Below are positions 51,005 through 60,364 of a stretch of 64,000 bases of DNA, piece after piece. The notes beneath the pieces are model-generated. The model made no database searches. It had not been told where the DNA came from and saw only the letters and a program-made list of their open reading frames with translations. Each line of letters starts with the position of its first letter. The first letter of the stretch is position 1. The stretch comes from Rhizaria sp. SCN 62-66 (taxonomy: Eukaryota): positions 1-64,000 of the forward strand of contig MEDY01000268.1 of NCBI GenBank assembly GCA_001724265.1, given 5' to 3'. The translations under genes were made by a program, and so were the position numbers.

Positions 51005-51400
51005 TTGCTGCTGCTGTTGCTGCTGGGACGAGCTGTAAGGCGTAAGGGTAACGCCACTAGCCGAGGTAAACGTGGCGCGGGGGCCGCTGCCATTGCTGGA
51101 GTCGGTGAAGGCGGACGCGGCGCCAGGGGCGGCTGGGGAGGCAGTGTTTGAGTTGCTCGTTTGAGTGGCGACTCGGTGGAGATCGGAGAAAGGGTTGTTC
51201 GCTGCAGTTGCAAGCATGCGCTCAGCCGGTGGAGTATCAGGGTTGGACGAGGCGGAAGCAAGAACCGCGGAACTGGGGACGCGACCGCCAATCGGGGAGG
51301 GCTCGATATCCAACGCACCGCAGAACGAGCAGACGTGTGCGAGGGGCGCAGCGGAGGGCTGCTCTTTCACGGGGATAGACAGCCCGAGGGTTGAACTCAT
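49436..51400 (-). CDS. TMEM135: TMEM135-like (Tim17/PMP24 superfamily) membrane protein; 2 exons (51400-50249, 50017-49436), about 577 aa
   Basis: SLRFGLFLGGFAGTYK, IAVYLFVRA, ILFAYIYEQDTLPPSYLKFL, CAVLHPGQGC, SCVRSAAFLALY and LLESKARRLELAIYC. Ends in TGA. Confidence 0.8.
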
Positions 51401-52608
51401 TTTGTACGAATGTCAATCTTTTCACAAAAGTATGGGCTGCCAAAAGTGGGAGTTTGAAGACGAATATTGACGCCGGATATGAACGTTTTGCAATCGTGAC
51501 GAAGCAACCCCGACCAACAGTTTTGAGATCTGACGAGCACCAACACATATTCAAAGATATTCAGCGCCCTATAACGTAGTTAAGAAAGTTTGTTCAGGAT
51601 TACTTTATTTGCGTATGCATGATTTACGAATACTTGCATAATTTTTCTTAAAATAACGAATTTACGACAAGAAGTGCCATTTTATGCCGGACTACCTCGT
51701 TTTTTCACTCCACCGCGCAAACACATGTGTTGATTAATGCGATTGTTTGGGCCACATTTATATTTTTGAACAATTTCATAGAACTTTTGCAATTTAAAAA
51801 CATTCGTAATATGTAAAACCTTGCGTAATTTTAGTTGGCAGTGTATATTTGTACTATCAGATAGAAAAATCACTCCCCCTCCAAAGCCTATGAGGTGTTT
51901 GACCTATGGTATCTGCAGCTGCCAGTCATACGGACTTCGCAATAAGAGGAGCTGGTGCTCCCCACTCACCCGACTACACCGACATGCGTGGGATCGAACT
52001 TCTGCGTTGTCAAACAGGGACTCCATCACACCAAACACAGCATCCGTCACGGGTTACACATGGTGTATTAATACACTTGTTGTCGCCACGTGTTTGCTGA
52101 GCTTGGTACTCGCGCTCTTCGACGCCTTCGCGATGCTCGTGGCGATGCTCGCGTTTCTCAGCCTCGCGTAGTCGATCTACAACGCCGCCTTGCTCTGGCC
52201 CTCGGTGCCGCATTGAACCTGACCTGATCAGGGAGGGTAGGCATTGGCACCTACGACAGATGACATACAAAATCTTACACATAAGCATGAGAACAAACGA
52301 AGAATCCGATTTAAACGATGTATTTTGCGCCAGAAAGTATCGCAAAAATTCTCGACATCTCTCAAGTTGGTCCCACCACGAGCGCAACTCAGACCACCGA
52401 ATTGATAACAGGGTAAGTTGCGTGAAACACCGCTGGACTGCGTCGCCGTCGCCAAATGGGGACGACATCTTCGTAAAGCATCGTGTTAATGTCGAAAAAA
52501 ACGTTGTGTTTATATTAATCCTATGATTATGATATAAAATTTTATGGAAAATTTACGTCATTTCCAATCCGCACATCGTTACGGTGGTAAGCAGAGCACT
52601 ACACAGCC

Positions 52609-55600
52609 TCAAGCCGTGCCCTCACGCCTCTCATCAGTGAGTGTCATCAGCACTGCGACCTGTCCATCACCAATACTCACCGTCTGCGCGACGTGCTGCA
52701 TGAGTACCGCGCTGCGCAGCACGGTCGGCGTCGTGCGGTCGCTGCCTTCGCCGCCGCCCCAGCGCCAGACCTCGCCGCGCGGCGTGAGCCCCAGCGTGAA
52801 GCCCGCGCCGGCGACGAAATCGACGAGGCGCCGCCACGGCTGCAGCGGCCGGAAGCCCGACGTCAGCTCCACGGGCGCCGCCGTGAGCCCGCCGGAAGTG
52901 GTCGCAGCCAGCGTACTGTATCGGCGCCGCCCCGCCGCGCCCGCCGCGGCCAGCGCGGCGGAGTTGAACGCAGCGCTGCCACCACCACCGGCGGCAGCGT
53001 CGGCGGCGTCGGGCGGCAGGTGGCCGAGACTGAGGGCGCCAAAGCGGCCGCCCGCGGATCGCAGCAGCAGACCGGCGGCGCGGGCCGCGATGCTGCCGGA
53101 CGCCACGGGCGACGGCGACAGCGGGTCCTTGCTGCCGTCGGCGTGGCCGCGAGACTGGCCGGAGACGGGAACAGCGAGCGTTTGCGACTGCGAGAGAGGG
53201 AAGTTGGTGCGCCCAGTCGTCGTCGTCGTCGTCGGCGTCGCCGTCGTCAAACTAGCGCTGTTGCTGTGGCCGATGCCGTGCAGCTGGGCCTGCGAGTGCG
53301 ACGGTGTGATGAGTGGCGAAGGCAGCGGCGACAGCTCAACATGCTTCGAGTTTGAGCTTATCGACGGCGTAGTCACCGTAGTTGGCATTGTACCACTGTT
53401 TGCGCTTGTGTCGATGACGGGCGGCCGCTGGAGGAGCGAGAATGAGGCGCCGGGAGCAAAAATAGACTTGCGGTCGCGCATCGGCCCGGCTAAGGGAGTG
53501 CTGACATTGCTGTCCGGCGGCGCAGTGGCGGAGTTGTGCTTCGCGGGCTTGCAAGGTGTCTGCGTAAACGGACTAAGTTCGTCGCAATTTTCGCTGATAT
53601 TCTTGCGTTGCGTGCTACCGTTATTGCCCGCACTCGCCTCAGCGCCTTCCGCAATACTTGACGTCTGCAGTGAAGAGCTCGCCGCTGCACCGCTGCCAGT
53701 GCTGCTTCTGTTTCTGCTCGCGGTTGCTGTGTTCGCGTGCGTGTTAGTGCGCACGGTCGAGTACAGCCGACCTTCTTCACTGAGCACCGCGGCGTGGTCC
53801 ATGCCCGCGCTGACCTTAAAGGCCTGCACGCGGAACAGCGACATCACCAGCTGCGGCTCCGCGATCACGCGGTCGCTGCGCGCGTGGCCCAGCTGTCCGT
53901 TGTCGTTGAGTCCCCAGGAGTAGACGTTGCCGTCGCGGCCGACCGCGTAGGTGAACCCGTGTCCGCACGAGACCTGTGTCCACCACTCGACCCACTGCGG
54001 CCGGCTCAGCTTGCGCGGCTTGACTACGACAGGCGGCACCGCGCGCGACGGGTCGTCGGTCGGGTGTCCCAGCTGGCCCTGCAGCGATACGCCCCACGTG
54101 TAGAGCGCGCCTGTCGACGTCACGGCCGCGGCGTGCGTCAGGCCGACCGAGATGGCGGCCACGGCGCGCCCGCTGAGGTCCGGCACGGGGAACGGCAGCA
54201 GGGCGTCGTACTCGCCCGCGGCCGGCGGCGCCGTCGGCAGCGTGAGGAACGGCACCGTGTGCGCGGTCGCGATGCGGCGACGCAGCTGCGACGGACTCCC
54301 GCCCATCGGCGACGACGACGACAACATGGCGGAGATGCCCGCGGGGCTACGGGGCGAGAACGGCGACTGCGGGCCCTGTGACTGCGACTGCTGCTGCTGC
54401 TGCTGCTGCTGCTGTTGACGCGAGGGCGAGTGCAGCATGCGACGCGCCTCGGCCAGCGCGGCCGCAGAGAAGTTAGGCCGCCCGTTGCTGTAATTGTGGT
54501 TCGCTCCCATCGCGGACGACTCAGCAATGAGACTCAGCGCGCCGCCGCTCGGAGCGTCGTTCTGCGCGGCGGCCGCGGCAGCCTGGTCCATGAGACGCAG
54601 CAAGTCGGTCGCAATTGTGCCGCGCTTCACCAACGCCGGCGGCTGCTGTGAGCCCCCCGCGCCGCCAGAGCCCACGGTGGCGCCGGCAACAATACTGCTG
54701 ACACTGGTCGAGAGCTGGCGTGCAAACGGAGACATGGGCGTGCCGGGGGACATGCCGCCAGACGCACTGTCGCTGCCACTCTGCTGCTGCTGCTGCTGTT
54801 GCTGTTGCTGTCCAGTACTGACGACGCCACCCTCGCCGAAGTGCCGCGCCGCGGCGAAAGCGGCTGCGGCTGCGGCGGCGTTGCGCGAGAGCACGCGCAC
54901 GATCTCCTCGTTGGGGCCCGCGCCCTTGGCGGCAGCGCGGCGGGCCTTCTCGCGAGTGCGCCGCGCGGCCTCGTTCGCGCGCCGCGCCGCCGGGTCGGCG
55001 CTGTCGATGCCGAGCACGCCGAACGCGCCGGAGCCGCAGGAGAAGACGCTGTCGTCGTCAGTGATGAAGAACGACCAGTGCCGGCCCGCGGCGACGGCGA
55101 CGACGACGGCGCGCGCGAGCAGCGACGAGCCATGGTGCAGCGAGCACGGCCGCGGGCGAGGCGCGCGGTCGCCCAGCCCGAGCTGGCCGTAGGCGTTGTC
55201 GCCACAAGAGAAGGCCTGGCCGCGGTCCGTCAGCAGCAGCGTGTGGCGCCCGCCCAGCGCGATGCTGGCCACGGACTCGCGCAGCCGCAGTAGCGTCGGC
55301 GTAGCCACAGGAGGGATCCCCGCAAAGGCCTTGACAATAAACGTATGCGACGGCGCTGGCGCGGCGATGGTCGGCGCCGCTGCGCCGGTGAGCGCGGGCG
55401 GCGCGGACTTGCTGTCGAGCGGTCCCAGACCGATCTGCGCGGTGCCGGCCTCGCCCCAGACGAAGGGCAGCGTGACGGTGCTGACGAGCGCGGCGGAGCG
55501 GTTCTGCTGCTGCTGCACCATCAGCGGCGACGACGACAGCGAAAACACAGACGGACGCGCCTGCCGCAGCGGGCCCAACGACGGCGACGGAGCCGTCACC

Positions 55601-58600
55601 GGCGTGCGCTGCAGAGTGCGCAGTAGACGCTTGTGGCCCGCGACAAGGCGGTCGACGGAGAAGCCGATGTCGAAGGCCTCGTCCGTCTCATCTGCATCGC
55701 TTTGGCCCGCCGCCCTGGCAGAGGGCTTGCCACTGGATTTGCTGTCATCGCCACTGACGTCGTCGGCGTCGCTAGTTGTTGTGTCCATGCGTCTGTCGGC
55801 GCCAGACTCGGATTCGTTCTCGTGATCGTTAGCGTCGTCATCGTCGCTGTCGCTTTGGTCCTTGAGGTTGAACGTGCGCACGCCGTCGACCTTCGCTCTC
55901 AGCTTGCCGCCGCCAGCGTCACCGCCATGCGCGAGGGACGGCGGCAGCATCACGTGCGGCAGCGCGTACGCGTGCTTCTTCTTCTTCTTGCCGGTGCCGC
56001 TCTTGTGACTCGGACTCTCAGTTTCATCGTCTTCGAGCGCGTTGAGTGCGGTGGCAACGCGGTTGAGATCCTCCAGCGTCGGCCTATGCGCCAGCGCAAG
56101 AAGCAGACTGTGCGCCGTCTTCTCGTACGCACCGCGCCGCACGCCGCCGCTGTTGACGCTAAGGCGCCGCGCGCCCGCCTCACCGTCCCCCTGCTGCTGT
56201 TGCTGCTGTTGCTGGAGGTGGCTCTGCGCGAGCGCGAGCGCGGGGTCGGCCTCGGTGGTGTGCGACAGCACCGCCGCCGACTCGGGCGCGGGCCGGCGCT
56301 GTAGGAAAGACGACAGCAGGAACTCTTTCTCCTTCTTGGCCGCCGCGCTGAGCTGCACGCTGTCCAGGTCGCGGCGCAGGCGCTCCAGTAGCATCGCGTC
56401 CGCCTTGCCCGCCAGCACGCTGCCGCGGTGGCCGCCCGCGCCCGGGCCCGCGCCGGGGCCGCCGCCGCCCGTCATCGCGGCAGCTGCCGCGTGCGCCGGC
56501 AGAAGCAGCGGGCGCACGGCGAGGCTTGCTTCGAGCGTCTTGGCAGCGGCCTCGCGCGCGGCCGCCGTCTGCGGCGCCACGATGCGCCGCAGCGCGGCGA
56601 GCGTCGCCGCATCGACGTTGCCCGCGCCGCTGGCCGCGTTCATCACCGGCGACGTGGCCGATGACGGCTGCGATCCAGAGCCAGTGCCAGAGTCAAAGCC
56701 GTGTACACTGGAGCCCTTTGCGGAGATGCTAAAGCCGGGGCGCCCGATGCGGCCGCGCTCGCCCACCCCGGGCTGCGTGCCGACCGTGGGCACCTCGAAG
56801 TTAAGCCGCGGACGCTGGGCGAGCAGCGCTGCGAGCTGCGAGATGCGGGCCGCCGCGAGCGCGTGGCCGCCGCCGCGCGACTGTTGCTGCGCCAAGAGCT
56901 CCGACGTGAGCGTCTGTGTATGGTGGCGGTGCCGCGCGAGAACTGAGCTGCGGTCGCGCGCGCCTGGGCTGCCCATCGCGCCATTCGCGCCGTTGCGCGT
57001 CGGCGAGTGCGCGGCTGCAACGGCTGCGGCAGCGGCGGCGGCCGCGGCGGCTGCGGCTGCGGCGTTGGTGGCGTCCTTACTGCTGACCGGCGCCGCTGTC
57101 GCCGCCGCAGCGGGCACGGGGGCGCTGACCGTGGGCGCGGCGGTGGCGAGCCGGCGCGTCGTCGAGTTCGAGCTGCTGGCTGCGGCGGCCGCGGCGGCAA
57201 CGGCGGCGGCGGGCCCCGGCAGCAGCGTCACCAGCCCCAGCCCCGCGGCGGCGCCGGAGCGTTCGCGCGCGAGGCCAGAAGGCGTGCGGATCTTGCGTAG
57301 CGGGCACAGCAGCGCGCCGTCGGCCGCGGAGGCGTCGCCGTCGCCGATAGCTGCGTCGCCACCGAGGTCGGAATCCGGGCCGAGGCTGCGGTGGCCCGGA
57401 AGACTGCCAGTCAGACTGGGTGCAACACGTGTCGACGCCGTCGCAAGTGCGCTGGCGCCGGAACTTTTCCCGTTGTGAGGAGGCGGCCGGCGCGGCGAAG
57501 CTTGCGAGTGCGGCCGCGGCACCGTGTCGCCGTGGTGTTGCTGTTGCTGTGGTTGCGGAGGCGCGTTCCACGTGTACTCACTGCGGTTCCCGCCGTTGGC
57601 GTTGCCGCTGTGTGCGGAGGCGGGGCGCACGAACGACGCCGTGTCGGTGGGACCCAGCGCGCGCGCGCTCAGCGGCGGCGGGTGCGGCCGTAGCGCCACG
57701 GCCGCAGCGCCGCCGCCACTGCTTTTGCTGTTGCCGTTCACGCCGCCGTGCGAGACGTTCGCCGCGCTCGATCCCGCGTGACCCGCTGTACCTGTGGCGT
57801 GCGCGCCGGAGTTGCTGTGTGCGGCGATGGCGGCGGAAAGGCTTTGCGGCGCCGCACTGGCGACGCTCCAGCGCGCGCTCGCGGCTACCGCGGCCGCGGC
57901 CGTGTGGCCGCGGATGCGCGCTTCGCTCGCGCTTTCATCCGCGCCGGGCAGCGGCAGCGGCAGCGCCAGTGCGGCGCCGGGGCCGGGGCCAGCGGCGGTC
58001 AAGCTGAGACCGAGGCCGAGAAGGGCGGAGGATGGGAGTGATGTGATTATGTTACTCGACGCGTCCGCCGCGCCGTTGGCCGTTGCAAGGAGCTGCATCG
58101 GGGGCTTGAAGTGGCCGGGCAACGGCGCCGTGAGCCGGAAGCTGCTGTTGGCCGCCCCCGCCCCTGCGCTCTGCTGCCGCCGCTGCAGTCGGTCGTCCAC
58201 GCTCGCGCGCCCACCGACGTTAATATGATGCTGTTGCTGTTGATGAAGAGGAAGCGAGGGCGCCGCGCGAGGGCTGGAGAACAGGCTCGCGAAATGCGAC
58301 GCTTGCGTCATCGACATCGACGGCGACTGCGACTGCGGGCCGCCGCGGGCAACCACGGCGCTAGTGTGCGGCCGCTGCAGAGGTGTGGTGTGTGCGCCGC
58401 GCTTGTTGTCACCGGTAGCAAACCCGTTCGCGTGTGCGAGCACGAGCGTGGCCTTGCGCAGGGCCGCCGCGCTGCCGCCGCCCGTTGTTGGTGTTGTCGC
58501 CGCAGTGGCCGAGGATGCTGTCGCAAGTGCGCCTTTGCTCGGCAGCGACGAGACGGCGGAGTCAGCGAAGCACGCCACGGTGCCGCCGCTGCTGCGCGTG

Positions 58601-59673
58601 ACGACGACGTCCGCGGCGACAGCGTCCGCGGCGGCGCGGACGGCGGCGTCCATGCGCGGCGAGTGCAAGTACCCCGCGTGGCTTTGCACCGCGAGCTGAC
58701 CGCCGCCGCCATTGACCGAAGAGTGACTGTGCGCTGCAGAGAAGCCGCCACGGGCCGAGCGGAAGCCGGAGGACTGCATATGCGCGTAGCCCGCGCTGGC
58801 GAAAGAGCCGCCGCCGTGGTGGCGGGCAGACTGGCCGCGCGCTGAGTGGCTGGTGTGCGCAGGGGCAGCGGTGGCGACAGGGTTGCCCCAACCGACTGCG
58901 CCGCTGCTGCTGGAGCTGGTGGACATGTTGTATCCGTTGACGTCCGCGCCTGGGACGTCGTCGTCGAACACGGGGTCTGTGGCCGATACCCAGCCACGCG
59001 CGCGCTGCGCCGCTGGTCGGGGCGCAGTCGCAGGCGAGAGCGCGGGAACGTAACCCGTGGCTGTAGGACTCATGAGTACGGGGCCTGCAATGCTTCCTGC
59101 GGCGCAGCCGTCAGCCGAGGGGAGACTGGCCGTGCGGGCCAGAGCGGGGCCGGCGACCACAGACTGCTGTTGTTGGTTCTGAATCTGCTGTTGCTGTGAG
59201 AGCGCTGCGGATAGCGAGAGCGGTGAGACGAGCGAGTGACCGCGGGCGCCGCCGTGGTTGGGGTTGTGTGGGTACGCAGTGCCGGCGCGGGACCGGGAGC
59301 GCGCCGACAGCAACGGCGACACAGCCGTCGTCACAGTCGCGTTGTTGCTGCTGTTGCTGCTGCTGCTGTTGCTGGCGTAGCTGGCGTTGTTGGCGATTGC
59401 GTTGGCGTGGGCGTGGTTGGCCGTGTGGGGGCGCGATAGCTGCGGCGGGGGCGGGTTCGCGCCCGAGCTTGCGGTGGGCAGCGCGGGCGAGTCGACGCCG
59501 CCGGGGCCTGAGCCAGGAGCGAATGCCGACGAACCAGAGACGTAACTGGAGGACGGGGGGCCGGAGGGGGCGACTCCGCTGCACAGAGTTGTGGAGAGGT
59601 GCGCAGTGGCAACTGTGGGGGCGGAGAATGGGTCTGCAAAGCTCGGCAAAAGTGCCGGGAGGGTAGGCTCCAT
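52609..59673 (-). CDS. Very large RCC1-repeat protein with a low-complexity N-terminal half, 2354 aa
   Basis: RCC1 repeats: IALGGRHTLLLTDRGQAFSCGDNAYGQLG, VAAGRHWSFFITDDDSVFSCGSGAFGVLG, VSCGHGFTYAVGRDGNVYSWGLNDNGQLG. Ends in TGA. Confidence 0.85.
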   Translation of the reverse strand: MEPTLPALLPSFADPFSAPTVATAHLSTTLCSGVAPSGPPSSSYVSGSSAFAPGSGPGGVDSPALPTASSGANPPPPQLSRPHTANHAHANAIANNASYASNSSSSNSSNNATVTTAVSPLLSARSRSRAGTAYPHNPNHGGARGHSLVSPLSLSAALSQQQQIQNQQQQSVVAGPALARTASLPSADGCAAGSIAGPVLMSPTATGYVPALSPATAPRPAAQRARGWVSATDPVFDDDVPGADVNGYNMSTSSSSSGAVGWGNPVATAAPAHTSHSARGQSARHHGGGSFASAGYAHMQSSGFRSARGGFSAAHSHSSVNGGGGQLAVQSHAGYLHSPRMDAAVRAAADAVAADVVVTRSSGGTVACFADSAVSSLPSKGALATASSATAATTPTTGGGSAAALRKATLVLAHANGFATGDNKRGAHTTPLQRPHTSAVVARGGPQSQSPSMSMTQASHFASLFSSPRAAPSLPLHQQQQHHINVGGRASVDDRLQRRQQSAGAGAANSSFRLTAPLPGHFKPPMQLLATANGAADASSNIITSLPSSALLGLGLSLTAAGPGPGAALALPLPLPGADESASEARIRGHTAAAAVAASARWSVASAAPQSLSAAIAAHSNSGAHATGTAGHAGSSAANVSHGGVNGNSKSSGGGAAAVALRPHPPPLSARALGPTDTASFVRPASAHSGNANGGNRSEYTWNAPPQPQQQQHHGDTVPRPHSQASPRRPPPHNGKSSGASALATASTRVAPSLTGSLPGHRSLGPDSDLGGDAAIGDGDASAADGALLCPLRKIRTPSGLARERSGAAAGLGLVTLLPGPAAAVAAAAAAASSSNSTTRRLATAAPTVSAPVPAAAATAAPVSSKDATNAAAAAAAAAAAAAAVAAAHSPTRNGANGAMGSPGARDRSSVLARHRHHTQTLTSELLAQQQSRGGGHALAAARISQLAALLAQRPRLNFEVPTVGTQPGVGERGRIGRPGFSISAKGSSVHGFDSGTGSGSQPSSATSPVMNAASGAGNVDAATLAALRRIVAPQTAAAREAAAKTLEASLAVRPLLLPAHAAAAAMTGGGGPGAGPGAGGHRGSVLAGKADAMLLERLRRDLDSVQLSAAAKKEKEFLLSSFLQRRPAPESAAVLSHTTEADPALALAQSHLQQQQQQQQGDGEAGARRLSVNSGGVRRGAYEKTAHSLLLALAHRPTLEDLNRVATALNALEDDETESPSHKSGTGKKKKKHAYALPHVMLPPSLAHGGDAGGGKLRAKVDGVRTFNLKDQSDSDDDDANDHENESESGADRRMDTTTSDADDVSGDDSKSSGKPSARAAGQSDADETDEAFDIGFSVDRLVAGHKRLLRTLQRTPVTAPSPSLGPLRQARPSVFSLSSSPLMVQQQQNRSAALVSTVTLPFVWGEAGTAQIGLGPLDSKSAPPALTGAAAPTIAAPAPSHTFIVKAFAGIPPVATPTLLRLRESVASIALGGRHTLLLTDRGQAFSCGDNAYGQLGLGDRAPRPRPCSLHHGSSLLARAVVVAVAAGRHWSFFITDDDSVFSCGSGAFGVLGIDSADPAARRANEAARRTREKARRAAAKGAGPNEEIVRVLSRNAAAAAAAFAAARHFGEGGVVSTGQQQQQQQQQQSGSDSASGGMSPGTPMSPFARQLSTSVSSIVAGATVGSGGAGGSQQPPALVKRGTIATDLLRLMDQAAAAAAQNDAPSGGALSLIAESSAMGANHNYSNGRPNFSAAALAEARRMLHSPSRQQQQQQQQQQSQSQGPQSPFSPRSPAGISAMLSSSSPMGGSPSQLRRRIATAHTVPFLTLPTAPPAAGEYDALLPFPVPDLSGRAVAAISVGLTHAAAVTSTGALYTWGVSLQGQLGHPTDDPSRAVPPVVVKPRKLSRPQWVEWWTQVSCGHGFTYAVGRDGNVYSWGLNDNGQLGHARSDRVIAEPQLVMSLFRVQAFKVSAGMDHAAVLSEEGRLYSTVRTNTHANTATASRNRSSTGSGAAASSSLQTSSIAEGAEASAGNNGSTQRKNISENCDELSPFTQTPCKPAKHNSATAPPDSNVSTPLAGPMRDRKSIFAPGASFSLLQRPPVIDTSANSGTMPTTVTTPSISSNSKHVELSPLPSPLITPSHSQAQLHGIGHSNSASLTTATPTTTTTTGRTNFPLSQSQTLAVPVSGQSRGHADGSKDPLSPSPVASGSIAARAAGLLLRSAGGRFGALSLGHLPPDAADAAAGGGGSAAFNSAALAAAGAAGRRRYSTLAATTSGGLTAAPVELTSGFRPLQPWRRLVDFVAGAGFTLGLTPRGEVWRWGGGEGSDRTTPTVLRSAVLMQHVAQTVSIGDGQVAVLMTLTDERREGTA

Positions 59674-60364
59674 CAGAGTCCGCAGCTGTTGCTTGGAGCA
59701 GGAGTGTCGCGAGCTGGAACGCCAAGGCTTGACGTTGCGAGGCAGGCTTATTCAAGTCGCTCTAGTGAGCTTTCCTAAAGCCAGGTAGTGTACTAGCCAG
59801 ACAATTTCGAAATTAAACAGTACTTCGAACCGACTCTCCGTCTTATATGTCCAATAATCTAAGTGATATGCGTTGCGAGTGGCGCGTGCGAGGGAAGTCG
59901 TCGACGAGTTGATGGGTGAGCTAGTGTAACGGAAGGAGCGCTGAAAGGAGTTATATAAAGAGATAGAACAATGTGATTTTAAGTACAGCGAGGTGTAATC
60001 GTAAATTGCCGATCATTGCGACCGCTAGATCTCCGCACGGATTATAAGTCTCTTGTCAGGTCCTTTCGTTATGACCGTTTCGTCACTGTTCCCAACCTCG
60101 CGCCTGGCCACTGTTGTGACGCAAACTCATAACATCGATTGGACTTGACCAGATCAATACCGCTACAACCGATGTAAAGGTATGTTGATTTATTGTTGCT
60201 ATAAAACTTAAACACTGCAATTTTAATACAGCTGCGCGTCACTCTGGCCACGAATCATATTATTATCAGATCATATCCATCGCAGAGAGATGTGTCCACT
60301 CCTTCACATTTCTCTTCGCACAAATCGCTCACACGCTCTTACACCCATACGCTTTCACGCTCAC

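Noticed and set aside
4950-59788. Many long antisense and alternate-frame ORFs (e.g. 8046-9383, 34056-35792, 52544-53923, 56042-57478)
   Set aside because: Shadow ORFs expected from very high GC and codon bias. They overlap better-supported genes and show no recognisable motifs.
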